Assembly: GCA_041662245.1 (NCBI GenBank)
Contig: JBAZSW010000003.1
Location: forward strand, 45,798-109,797
Direction: 5' to 3'
Length of the DNA: 64,000 nt
DNA from: Parcubacteria group bacterium
Lineage (GTDB): Bacteria > Patescibacteriota > Minisyncoccia > Moranbacterales > UBA9337
The notes under the pieces were generated by a model that had not been told where the DNA came from, ran no database searches, and worked only from the letters and a program-made list of their open reading frames with translations. Shown piece after piece: positions 29,919 to 37,897 of this stretch. Position 1 is the first letter of the stretch. The number at the start of each line of letters is the position of its first letter. The position numbers were made by a program, and so were the translations under genes.

Positions 29919-29947
29919 TTGCCAAAAAATCCACTCTATGATACAAA
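29919..29947 (+). promoter_or_regulatory. candidate rpsT promoter: TTGCCA-N17(with TGn)-TACAAA
   Basis: Hexamers found by eye, 72 nt upstream of the rpsT ATG. Confidence 0.3.
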
Positions 29948-30018
29948 TAGTTAAGTAACTAAATAAGTTTAAATGATAATTCGCTGTTGGATTTTTCAAT
30001 TGCGAAAAAAGATAAAAT

Positions 30019-30285
30019 ATGCCAATCAAAGATTCAGCCAAAAAGTATATGCGAGTTACTGATCGCAAAACTTTAAAAAACAAGAAAACCAAAGGAACTT
30101 ATCGTAGTGCTATAAAAAAAACTCGCGAAGCTATCAATGCTAAAGATTTTAAAACAGCCTCTGAATTTTTAAAAAAATCAATCAAAGCTTTAGATAAAGC
30201 AGTTCAAAAGAAAGTTCTTAAAAAAAATACTGGTGCACGTTATAAATCCAGATTGAATAAGAGCGTAAAAAATATAGCCAAATAA
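30019..30285 (+). CDS. rpsT: 30S ribosomal protein S20
   Basis: MPIKDSAKKYMRVTDRKTLKNKK...TGARYKSRLNK: S20 pattern. Confidence 0.85.
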   Translation: MPIKDSAKKYMRVTDRKTLKNKKTKGTYRSAIKKTREAINAKDFKTASEFLKKSIKALDKAVQKKVLKKNTGARYKSRLNKSVKNIAK

Positions 30286-30291
30286 AAATTT

Positions 30292-30321
30292 AAAAAAGTG
30301 GTCCTGTCGACCACTTTTTTA
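30292..30321. terminator. intrinsic terminator AAAGTGGTC-ctgtc-GACCACTTTTTT; shared by convergent rpsT and holA
   Basis: 9-bp GC-containing stem, 5-nt loop, T6 tract. 7 nt after the rpsT stop and 14 nt after the holA stop. Confidence 0.7.
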
Positions 30322-30334
30322 TTTAAGAAATTAT

Positions 30335-31303
30335 TTATAATTTTGCTATCATTAAATCTAGTCCGAGCTTAATATCTTGCTTTCCTTTTTTGGCATTTCT
30401 ATCCACTTTTTCTAAATCCTTATAAATATTTCTTAATTGAAGCTGAGTAAATCCTCTCAATTGCTCCATCCCTTTTTGTACTACAAAAGGATGGAGTTTG
30501 ACTATTTTAGCTATCTCCTGATGATTAGTTTTCCCATAAAAATAAAATTCGCCTATTTTTAAAAGATTCCTAAACTGATAAATATACATAGACAAAATAT
30601 AAAAAGGATCATCTCCTTGATCTAATTGTTTATGCAACATCTCCAAGGCTTGTTTTTTATTTCCTGAAGAAATAAATTCTATCGTCTTAAATATATTGGC
30701 CTCTGCCTTTGAATTTATTAACAATTCAATCATGGTGTCTAACTCGACACCAATTTTATCTCCATTAATGAAATTAGTTATTTTTGTTATTTCATTATCT
30801 AAAAAAAACAAATTGTCACTTTTATTAACAATTAATTTTTCTATAATATTTAAAGGTATTTCTAAATCTAAAGATAAAAATTTATGTTCTATCCATTTTC
30901 TTAATTGAGCATCATTTAACTTAGAAAATTCTTCTTTTTTTGAATTATCCAATAACCACTTAAACATCTTATCATTTTTTTTAGGTTTTTTTTCTTCCCA
31001 AAAAATAATGATATTTTCCTGAGATTTAACGTCGTCAGCATTATTTAAAAAGAAATCGATTACTTCATTTTTAGAATAATCGTTTTCTTGAGTCAAAAAG
31101 TTTTTGACAATAACCAATGAATTTTTAGCAAACAATCCTCTTGATTTGATTGCTCTCTTAAATTCATTCCAAAAATCACCTTCCCTAAAATCAAAAACAC
31201 TCGAAGGAGCATTCGAGGTGTTTTTAGCAAAAAATTCCTTCTTTATTTGATTCAATTTATCGATTGAACGAAAATTATCTTCACCGTAAAGAAATATTAT
31301 CAT
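30335..31303 (-). CDS. holA: DNA polymerase III delta subunit (HolA-like)
   Basis: MIIFLYGEDNF N-terminus, 322 aa, AAA+-lid-like layout. Confidence 0.55.
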   Translation of the reverse strand: MIIFLYGEDNFRSIDKLNQIKKEFFAKNTSNAPSSVFDFREGDFWNEFKRAIKSRGLFAKNSLVIVKNFLTQENDYSKNEVIDFFLNNADDVKSQENIIIFWEEKKPKKNDKMFKWLLDNSKKEEFSKLNDAQLRKWIEHKFLSLDLEIPLNIIEKLIVNKSDNLFFLDNEITKITNFINGDKIGVELDTMIELLINSKAEANIFKTIEFISSGNKKQALEMLHKQLDQGDDPFYILSMYIYQFRNLLKIGEFYFYGKTNHQEIAKIVKLHPFVVQKGMEQLRGFTQLQLRNIYKDLEKVDRNAKKGKQDIKLGLDLMIAKL

Positions 31304-31320
31304 TTTGTTTATTCAATAAT

Positions 31321-32511
31321 TTAGCTAGCAGGAGTCCATTTTAAAACTTGTCCTGGTTCCAATATCTCTACCCAAATTTGGCCAGGTACAAACATTATTT
31401 CTTTTCCATTTTCATCATAAAAGAAAAGCTTACTTTCTAGTCTAGCTGAGTCTTTTTTCCAAGTTCCATGGTATTGCTTTCCGTTCATATAATAGTAAGC
31501 TTCACCACTATTGCTTTCATCATACCATGGATCGCCAATCTGTACGTTGTTATACCTTCCGCTAATGCTTTCTGCTCCAGTATTTTTTGCTTCCTCAACT
31601 CCATCCCAAGGATTTTTTAGCCCCTTACCAAGATAATCTTGGGTATTGGTAATTTGTTCTGACTTAGCGAACATTACTACTATGTTTTTAGGAGCTAACC
31701 TTTGTTTATTATTTCTATCTATATCTTCTACACCGCTCCAAGTTCTTAAATAAGTATTAGAATTTTTATCATAAGAATATTCCACATCATAAGGATTGGC
31801 AAAGGCCACCCTCAAAGTACTTCCATTAGCGCCTCGCTCATCACTAACAGCTTCTTTTTGATGAGGGTATCCCACAAAGTTAGTTTCTGTTTTTAATTTT
31901 AAATCCTTCATAGCTTGCAATGCCTTCTCTCCCGTAATGTGCCCCGAATCTTCCATTCTCATTTTCGGATCATTCTGCCAATCCCACCTATCACAATAAT
32001 TAGTATTCATACAGTCGATTTGATCTATTATATTTTTATTCAACAAGTCTAATGCAAAATGAGATCCTCCCCAATGAATAAAAAAAGCATTTACTGCTGC
32101 TGCCAAAGCAATATGGTCATGTCTGGCACTTCGCATCGCCCCAATTTCTTTTGGCATATCGCAAGAATACACGCCTAATAACCTAGTAACTGAGGAGGTA
32201 TAGGCAGGTAATTCAAAAACCATATCTGCCTGCGAAAATCCAGCAGCTGGTCTAGCTTGTAAATCTGATGGTTGCATTACTGCTATTGGACGACGATTCC
32301 AATTTTCACCACAAGCTAATCCAGAGATGGGGTTGATATTTTTATCATTAAGAGGTTCTACAGAAGCTTCAGTCTCTTTATTATTGTTTTCCGATACTAT
32401 TTGTGCTACTTTATTTTTTCTAAAAGTTTCCCTAAGTGTTGTAAAATAAACAATCACTCCTGCGACAACCACAACTAAAGTTGCTATAATTATCTTTTGT
32501 TTTTTACTCAT
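31321..32511 (-). CDS. DUF3048 (YerB-like) domain secreted/membrane-anchored protein
   Basis: Signal anchor. PIAVMQPSDLQARPAAGFSQADMVFE...TRLLGVY resembles the DUF3048 N-terminal signature. Confidence 0.5.
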   Translation of the reverse strand: MSKKQKIIIATLVVVVAGVIVYFTTLRETFRKNKVAQIVSENNNKETEASVEPLNDKNINPISGLACGENWNRRPIAVMQPSDLQARPAAGFSQADMVFELPAYTSSVTRLLGVYSCDMPKEIGAMRSARHDHIALAAAVNAFFIHWGGSHFALDLLNKNIIDQIDCMNTNYCDRWDWQNDPKMRMEDSGHITGEKALQAMKDLKLKTETNFVGYPHQKEAVSDERGANGSTLRVAFANPYDVEYSYDKNSNTYLRTWSGVEDIDRNNKQRLAPKNIVVMFAKSEQITNTQDYLGKGLKNPWDGVEEAKNTGAESISGRYNNVQIGDPWYDESNSGEAYYYMNGKQYHGTWKKDSARLESKLFFYDENGKEIMFVPGQIWVEILEPGQVLKWTPAS

Positions 32512-32784
32512 TTGTTTGTTATTTTAAATTATTTAAATGTTTCAAAAATTTACTTTCTACTGTCATTCCAGAAATTATACTTTCTCGGTGAGTTTACAAA
32601 CCGTAAAAAATTAACTTATCCGAAATCTCCGCTAAATACAAACCTCGAATTTATTTAAGCCTGAGATTCCACACAGATGATTTTCTAGAATGACAACAAC
32701 TATAAGTAACGCTTTAAATTTTTACTATATATCTTCTCTATTCGAGTTATTAGAGCGTTCCCCATTCGTGTCGCACTACTTAAA

Positions 32785-33684
32785 TTATTTCTGACATTTT
32801 TGACACAAAAAAACACTCCTTTGTCCCAATTTAATTCTTTCTACTATATTATCACATTTTTTATTTTTTGGGAGGGCCTGACTGGTAAAACATTTCTCAC
32901 CTTCTCTATTATAGACTTTTAAAACTTTTTGAAAACCACCTGGCTTTCCAGAGGTATCTCGATAATCGCTATTCGAGGTTCCTCTCATGTTAATCGCTTT
33001 TTTTAAAATTTTCTTAATTTGTTCAAATATTCGCTCTAATTCAACACTTTTTAATGTTTCCACTTTTCTTCTAGGATCTATTCCTGCTTTAAAAAGAATT
33101 TCACTTCTATAAATATTACCAATTCCCGCAATCAAACTCTGATCCATTAATACTATGCCAATTACGCTTTTTTGTTTCTTGGCTAAAATTTCTTGAAATT
33201 TCTTAAAGTTAAATTTTTTATCCATCGCATCAATACCTAATTTTTTTATCTCTGGCAATTCTTCTATTTTATCCGTATCCACCAAAACTATTTTTCCAAA
33301 CTTCCGCAAATCCGAAAACTCCATTGCCAACATTTCTTTCCCTTTCTTCAAATTCCACCTATGCCTAATATATTGATTAACCCGATCCCCAAAATAACTA
33401 CTTTCTAAATTTTTAATTTTTAATTTTTCATTTTTAATTAATAAATGTCCTGTCATCTTTAAATGCACATACACCGTTTTTCCGCCGCTTAAATCAATAA
33501 AAATATTCTTGCCAATTCTGTGCGCTCTCAAAATGTTTTTCCCCACGATTTCTTTTTTAAATTTTTCCAGACTTATGCCCTTAATTCCCTTTTTCCACTC
33601 ACTCCAAAAATCGACTACTTGGTAGCCAATTATTTTTTTGTTTAAATCCCTCACAATTGTCTCCACCTCTGGTAATTCCGGCAT
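32785..33684 (-). CDS. mutM: formamidopyrimidine-DNA glycosylase (Fpg/Nei family)
   Basis: MPELPEVETI N-terminus (Pro2/Glu3 catalytic), H2TH, C-terminal zinc finger CQKCQK. Confidence 0.8.
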   Translation of the reverse strand: MPELPEVETIVRDLNKKIIGYQVVDFWSEWKKGIKGISLEKFKKEIVGKNILRAHRIGKNIFIDLSGGKTVYVHLKMTGHLLIKNEKLKIKNLESSYFGDRVNQYIRHRWNLKKGKEMLAMEFSDLRKFGKIVLVDTDKIEELPEIKKLGIDAMDKKFNFKKFQEILAKKQKSVIGIVLMDQSLIAGIGNIYRSEILFKAGIDPRRKVETLKSVELERIFEQIKKILKKAINMRGTSNSDYRDTSGKPGGFQKVLKVYNREGEKCFTSQALPKNKKCDNIVERIKLGQRSVFLCQKCQK

Positions 33685-34160
33685 AGATTTTTATCTGTTA
33701 AAAAATTAGACCTCTAACCAAACTATACTAAATAAATACCTCTTAAGTCAAAAAAGAGCTACATATTTATATAAAATTAAATATTGAGGAAAGCAACTAT
33801 ATACTTCTTCCCATAAAAGTTTGGAAAAGTCTACGGCTAGACTTATTCAAAATTGAAACAGCTAAAAATAATAAAAACTGCTAAGAAATCACAAGATATT
33901 AAAAATACAATCATCTTATACCTATATTTATAATATTTATATTTGACTAAATATATTTTTTTACTTAGGTAATTGGTTACACGCCTAATGTACATAATAA
34001 AAAAATACTTTTTATTCCTCAATCTATTTACTATTTATCAGTATAGTTATATCTTTAAATTAAAGCTTAAGCCAATAAAAATCCGCCAATTTCTCAATTT
34101 AGTCATTTGGAATTTATTCGGAATTGGAAATTGAGTTTTTGACATTTAATTAAAACTGCC

Positions 34161-35483
34161 GTGCTTGAATTTCTCCTAAAACTATTTTTCCTCTACCTCC
34201 CTTTCCAGGTCGCTCTCAATCCAGCGGAAGGTTTCGATTTAGCTTCAGTAAGAATTATTATTCCCTTACTTTTTTTAGCTTGGTTAATCGATTCTTTAAA
34301 AAACAAAGAAATAATTATTCCCAAGGGGTTAACTTTTTTTCTCTTAATTTCATTTTTATTCTTAGCTTGTTTTTCTTTATTTTTTGCCAACAATCCGATT
34401 TGGGGATTAAGAAAGTTATTGTTTCTATTATCTATTTTCCCTCTTTTTTTTATTATCTATGGCATCTCTTCCTCTTATCCTTCAAAAATATTATCTTTGT
34501 TAAAATATACTGTCTGGGGTGCTTTTTTGACAGCTTCTATCGGAATAATTCAGTTTTTATTGCAATTTTTAGTTCCTCTCGATATTCTCTATTCTACTTG
34601 GGCAAAAATGGTTGTTCCTTTTTTGGGAAATTCTTTTTCTGAAGCCGTTTTGACTAACCCGAGTTGGCTGGTAAACATTGGCGGATATACTCTGCTGAGA
34701 GCCACTGCCTTCTTCCCTGATCCGCATATGTTCTCTTTTTATTTAAATATTTGCGCCTTAATTTCCTTGGGAATATTTTTTAGCCACACTAAAAATCAAA
34801 CATCATCTAATATTCTAACTCCCAATCGGGGGCTAGGTCGTCACATCTACTTAATTTTCTTTTTTATCTTAATCCTAGCCAGTTTTTTAACTTTTTCCCG
34901 TGGTGGTTATCTGGGATTAATTGCCGGTCTGTTATTTTTTGGATTTTTTACTTTAAAATTTAAAATAAAATATTTTTTTAGCAACGCCAACAGAGTGTTT
35001 TTATTAATTTTTATTTTAATAACATTCGGCTTAATTCTTGCTATCCCCAATCCCATTATTAATCGCTTATTTTCAAGCTTCAACCTTTCTGAAGGATCAA
35101 ATGTCGGTCGAATTCAAACTTGGGAACAATCTCTAAAAGTAATTCAAGACAACCCTATTTTTGGAACAGGTTTAGGAAATTATTCTTTGAGTATCAAGCC
35201 TTCAGCTGATTATCGCGAACCTATTTACTCTCATAATACCCTTTTGGATATCGTTGCTGAAACAGGTATCTTAAACGCTCTTATCTGGCTACTTCTATTT
35301 TTATTTGCTATCATTAATTTTACTCGGGATTTTATCAAAAAAAATGATTTTATCCAGCTGGGATTAGCCTCAGCTCTAATTTCATTTTCTATTCATTCCC
35401 TCTTTGAAACTGCTGTTTTTTCCGTTCACATTCTACCTCTTATTATTTTGATTTTAAGCTTAAATAACTCAAAACAAAACTAA
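34161..35483 (+). CDS. O-antigen ligase / Wzy_C family polytopic membrane protein (paralog 1), GTG start
   Basis: ~11 TM helices. FSRGGYLGLIAGLLFF and the periplasmic loop ...SHNTLLDIVAETGI (Wzy_C motif). Confidence 0.6.
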   Translation: MLEFLLKLFFLYLPFQVALNPAEGFDLASVRIIIPLLFLAWLIDSLKNKEIIIPKGLTFFLLISFLFLACFSLFFANNPIWGLRKLLFLLSIFPLFFIIYGISSSYPSKILSLLKYTVWGAFLTASIGIIQFLLQFLVPLDILYSTWAKMVVPFLGNSFSEAVLTNPSWLVNIGGYTLLRATAFFPDPHMFSFYLNICALISLGIFFSHTKNQTSSNILTPNRGLGRHIYLIFFFILILASFLTFSRGGYLGLIAGLLFFGFFTLKFKIKYFFSNANRVFLLIFILITFGLILAIPNPIINRLFSSFNLSEGSNVGRIQTWEQSLKVIQDNPIFGTGLGNYSLSIKPSADYREPIYSHNTLLDIVAETGILNALIWLLLFLFAIINFTRDFIKKNDFIQLGLASALISFSIHSLFETAVFSVHILPLIILILSLNNSKQN

Positions 35484-35485
35484 CA

Positions 35486-35516
35486 CCCTCTCCCTCTTGT
35501 ACTCAAGGGGGAGATG
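35486..35516 (+). terminator. GC-rich hairpin CCCTCTCCCTCTTG-tact-CAAGGGGGAGATG 3 nt after the ligase-1 stop; an alternative pairing with the downstream cagaggggg is possible
   Basis: Seen in the sequence. GC-rich island in AT-rich DNA. Only a weak T-tract (gggggttt). Confidence 0.3.
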
Positions 35517-35545
35517 CCGACAGGCAGAGGGGGTTTAATATATTC

Positions 35546-36778
35546 ATGACCAAATTACTCAACCCAATCTCCACCAAAAATTTAATCTATCTAACCATTT
35601 TTTTCTCTCCTGCCTATCTGCTAAGATTTTCCATCTTTGATATTCCTCTTAATGCTCTGGATATTTTAATAGTGCTGACTTTATTTCTTTGGATTTATGA
35701 AAATAATTTTAATTTATTTAAAAAAATAAAATATTCTCTTAAAAAAATATCTTCTTTTATTCTTCCAATTTCTCTCATTTTGATAGGGTTACTTATCTCC
35801 ACCTTTTTAAATGATAACTTTTTAAAAGAACTGGGCATTGTAAAAAGTTGGTTTATTTTACCTATTATTTTTGGAATTATTGTTTATATCGAGACAAAAA
35901 ATTCAACTGATTTTGAAAAAATATTAAATAGCCTTCTTTTTTCTTCTTTTTCGATATCTGTTATTAGTATTTTTTATTTAGTTTTTGATAATTTAACTTA
36001 TGACAATCGCTTAAGTGCTTTTTATTCATCTCCCAATCATCTCGCTATGACACTGGTTCCAGGAATTTTAATTAGCTTAGCGAACATTATCCAAAATAAA
36101 CAATCTAGATATTTCAAATTAGTTTTAATTATTCCTATTCTAATCTCTTTGTTTTTTACTCATTCATATTCAGCTTGGATTGCCTTATTTATATCTTCTC
36201 TTATAATAATATTTTTTAGTTCCGGCAAAAAAACAATTCTTTTTATATTTATAACAACGATTTTCTTTATTTTCTTCTTTGAGCACAATTCAGACAAGTT
36301 AAAATCACTCAACAATTCGAGCGCTAATTCCTCTTTGAGCTCTAGGATTGCCATCTGGAAGTCAGCTGAAAAAATTATTTATGATAATTGGCTCTGGGGA
36401 ATTGGCCCAGGGAATTTTCAAGAAAAATATTTATCTTATCAAAAATATTTTTATCCTTATCCAGAGTGGGCAGTTCCTCAACCTCATAATATTTTTTTGG
36501 CCTTCTGGTTACAAGCGGGCTTCTTTGGATTATTTGGCTTTGTATATTTAATAATTTTATGGTTTTTAAAAATAAAAAAAATCCTTATTTATTTTAAGGA
36601 TTTCACCAACAGAAGACCCTTTTTAATTATTTTATCTATTCTTTTTTATATTATTCTTCATGGCCTAACTGATACTACTTACTGGAAAAATGATCTCTCT
36701 CTAATTTTTTGGCTAATTATTTTTTTAGGACTATCTCTATCCTCACAGGAAATTAAATTAGATAGCAATTCTAAATAA
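35546..36778 (+). CDS. O-antigen ligase / Wzy_C family polytopic membrane protein (paralog 2)
   Basis: Multi-TM. Periplasmic loop ...AVPQPHNIFLAFWLQAGFFG. Confidence 0.6.
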   Translation: MTKLLNPISTKNLIYLTIFFSPAYLLRFSIFDIPLNALDILIVLTLFLWIYENNFNLFKKIKYSLKKISSFILPISLILIGLLISTFLNDNFLKELGIVKSWFILPIIFGIIVYIETKNSTDFEKILNSLLFSSFSISVISIFYLVFDNLTYDNRLSAFYSSPNHLAMTLVPGILISLANIIQNKQSRYFKLVLIIPILISLFFTHSYSAWIALFISSLIIIFFSSGKKTILFIFITTIFFIFFFEHNSDKLKSLNNSSANSSLSSRIAIWKSAEKIIYDNWLWGIGPGNFQEKYLSYQKYFYPYPEWAVPQPHNIFLAFWLQAGFFGLFGFVYLIILWFLKIKKILIYFKDFTNRRPFLIILSILFYIILHGLTDTTYWKNDLSLIFWLIIFLGLSLSSQEIKLDSNSK

Positions 36779-37876
36779 ATTGTTATTTTTTTTGTTTATA
36801 AAAAAAAGAAAGTCTTCATTTGGCGATATCACCAGATTAGTTGCGTCTAACTCTTCCTTTATATATTTTTCATCCAAGACTTTTTCTTTTTTTCCGCTAC
36901 CGACATTTACCTTCCAAAATATATCATTAGTTGAAAACTTATTATTTAAATAATCATTGGGCATTACTGAATTTTTGTCTATATTCTTAGGCAAGGCGCA
37001 ATAAACACTTTTATTATTTTTTGACCAAGCACATTTTGAAATCATCGTTGGCAGATTTAAATTCGTACAGTTATTATTTTTAACTTCACACACTTCTAAA
37101 TTCAAATTATTTCCTCCTTTTTGAGAAACGCTACTTCTCAAAAATTTCCCCCCATCGTTAGACCATAAATAATCAGAGCCAAATTTCATTTCTCCTATTT
37201 TTTCTAGCTCTCCTTCTCCAAAAGGGATAATTGTCATATTTGATTCCTTAAAAGCATCTGGCACAGACCAAAAAGAAGCCTTGGCTGACTCCGGTATATA
37301 GCTCATAATAATATCATCACTTTCCAATTTAGCAAGCTCCTTCCAATCGCTTCCATCTGGATTAGCGATATTTAGAGTTTTCTTTCTGCTAGCATAATCT
37401 TCATAAGAATACACAATTTTTTGGTTAAAATTCATCCAACTTAAAGCCTTCGTTTTTTTAATAAATTTTTCCTTATTTCCAAATTTGTATAGATAAAAAG
37501 AATCTCCCATTTTTAGAATGGCTTCTTTTTTATCATTGCTCCAAACTACCTTATCTAGCTTGCCAAAATCATCATTAGAAAGACGCTCCTTGATTGAACC
37601 ATCAAAAGAAGCTAACCAAAAACCTTTTTCATTATTATTATAATATTGTATTTTATCTCCTTTCAAATCCAATGTTAATCCTTTTATGTTTCCATCAATT
37701 ATTTTGATCACCTTTTCTAAAATAGGTGCGTTGCTCTTCTCTGAGTTATTATCTGAAATTTGGCTTGCTTTACTATCATTTTTTGCAGAGTTATCCACTA
37801 ATAAGAAATTATAGATAAAATAAAAACCACCTACCAAAAGAAACATTACCAATGAAATTACAAAAACTTTTTTCAT
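36758..37876 (-). CDS. secreted/anchored hypothetical protein, possibly beta-propeller (PD40/TolB-like)
   Basis: N-terminal TM/signal. Repeated D-G-S-x-W / SPNEDFLFF-type blades. The 3' end overlaps ligase-2 by 21 nt (convergent). Confidence 0.45.
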   Translation of the reverse strand: MKKVFVISLVMFLLVGGFYFIYNFLLVDNSAKNDSKASQISDNNSEKSNAPILEKVIKIIDGNIKGLTLDLKGDKIQYYNNNEKGFWLASFDGSIKERLSNDDFGKLDKVVWSNDKKEAILKMGDSFYLYKFGNKEKFIKKTKALSWMNFNQKIVYSYEDYASRKKTLNIANPDGSDWKELAKLESDDIIMSYIPESAKASFWSVPDAFKESNMTIIPFGEGELEKIGEMKFGSDYLWSNDGGKFLRSSVSQKGGNNLNLEVCEVKNNNCTNLNLPTMISKCAWSKNNKSVYCALPKNIDKNSVMPNDYLNNKFSTNDIFWKVNVGSGKKEKVLDEKYIKEELDATNLVISPNEDFLFFINKKNNNLFRIAI

Positions 37877-37897
37877 TTCTAAAGACCTCCATTAAGT

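Noticed and set aside
29784-30092. 102-aa minus-strand ORF
   Set aside because: Overlaps the strongly recognisable rpsT (S20) on the opposite strand and its promoter; no motif
34139-34144. TTGACA hexamer 17 nt before the GTG start of Wzy_C paralog 1
   Set aside because: A promoter here would place the transcription start inside the annotated GTG start codon. Either the hexamer is fortuitous or the true start codon lies downstream. I could not resolve this from sequence alone.
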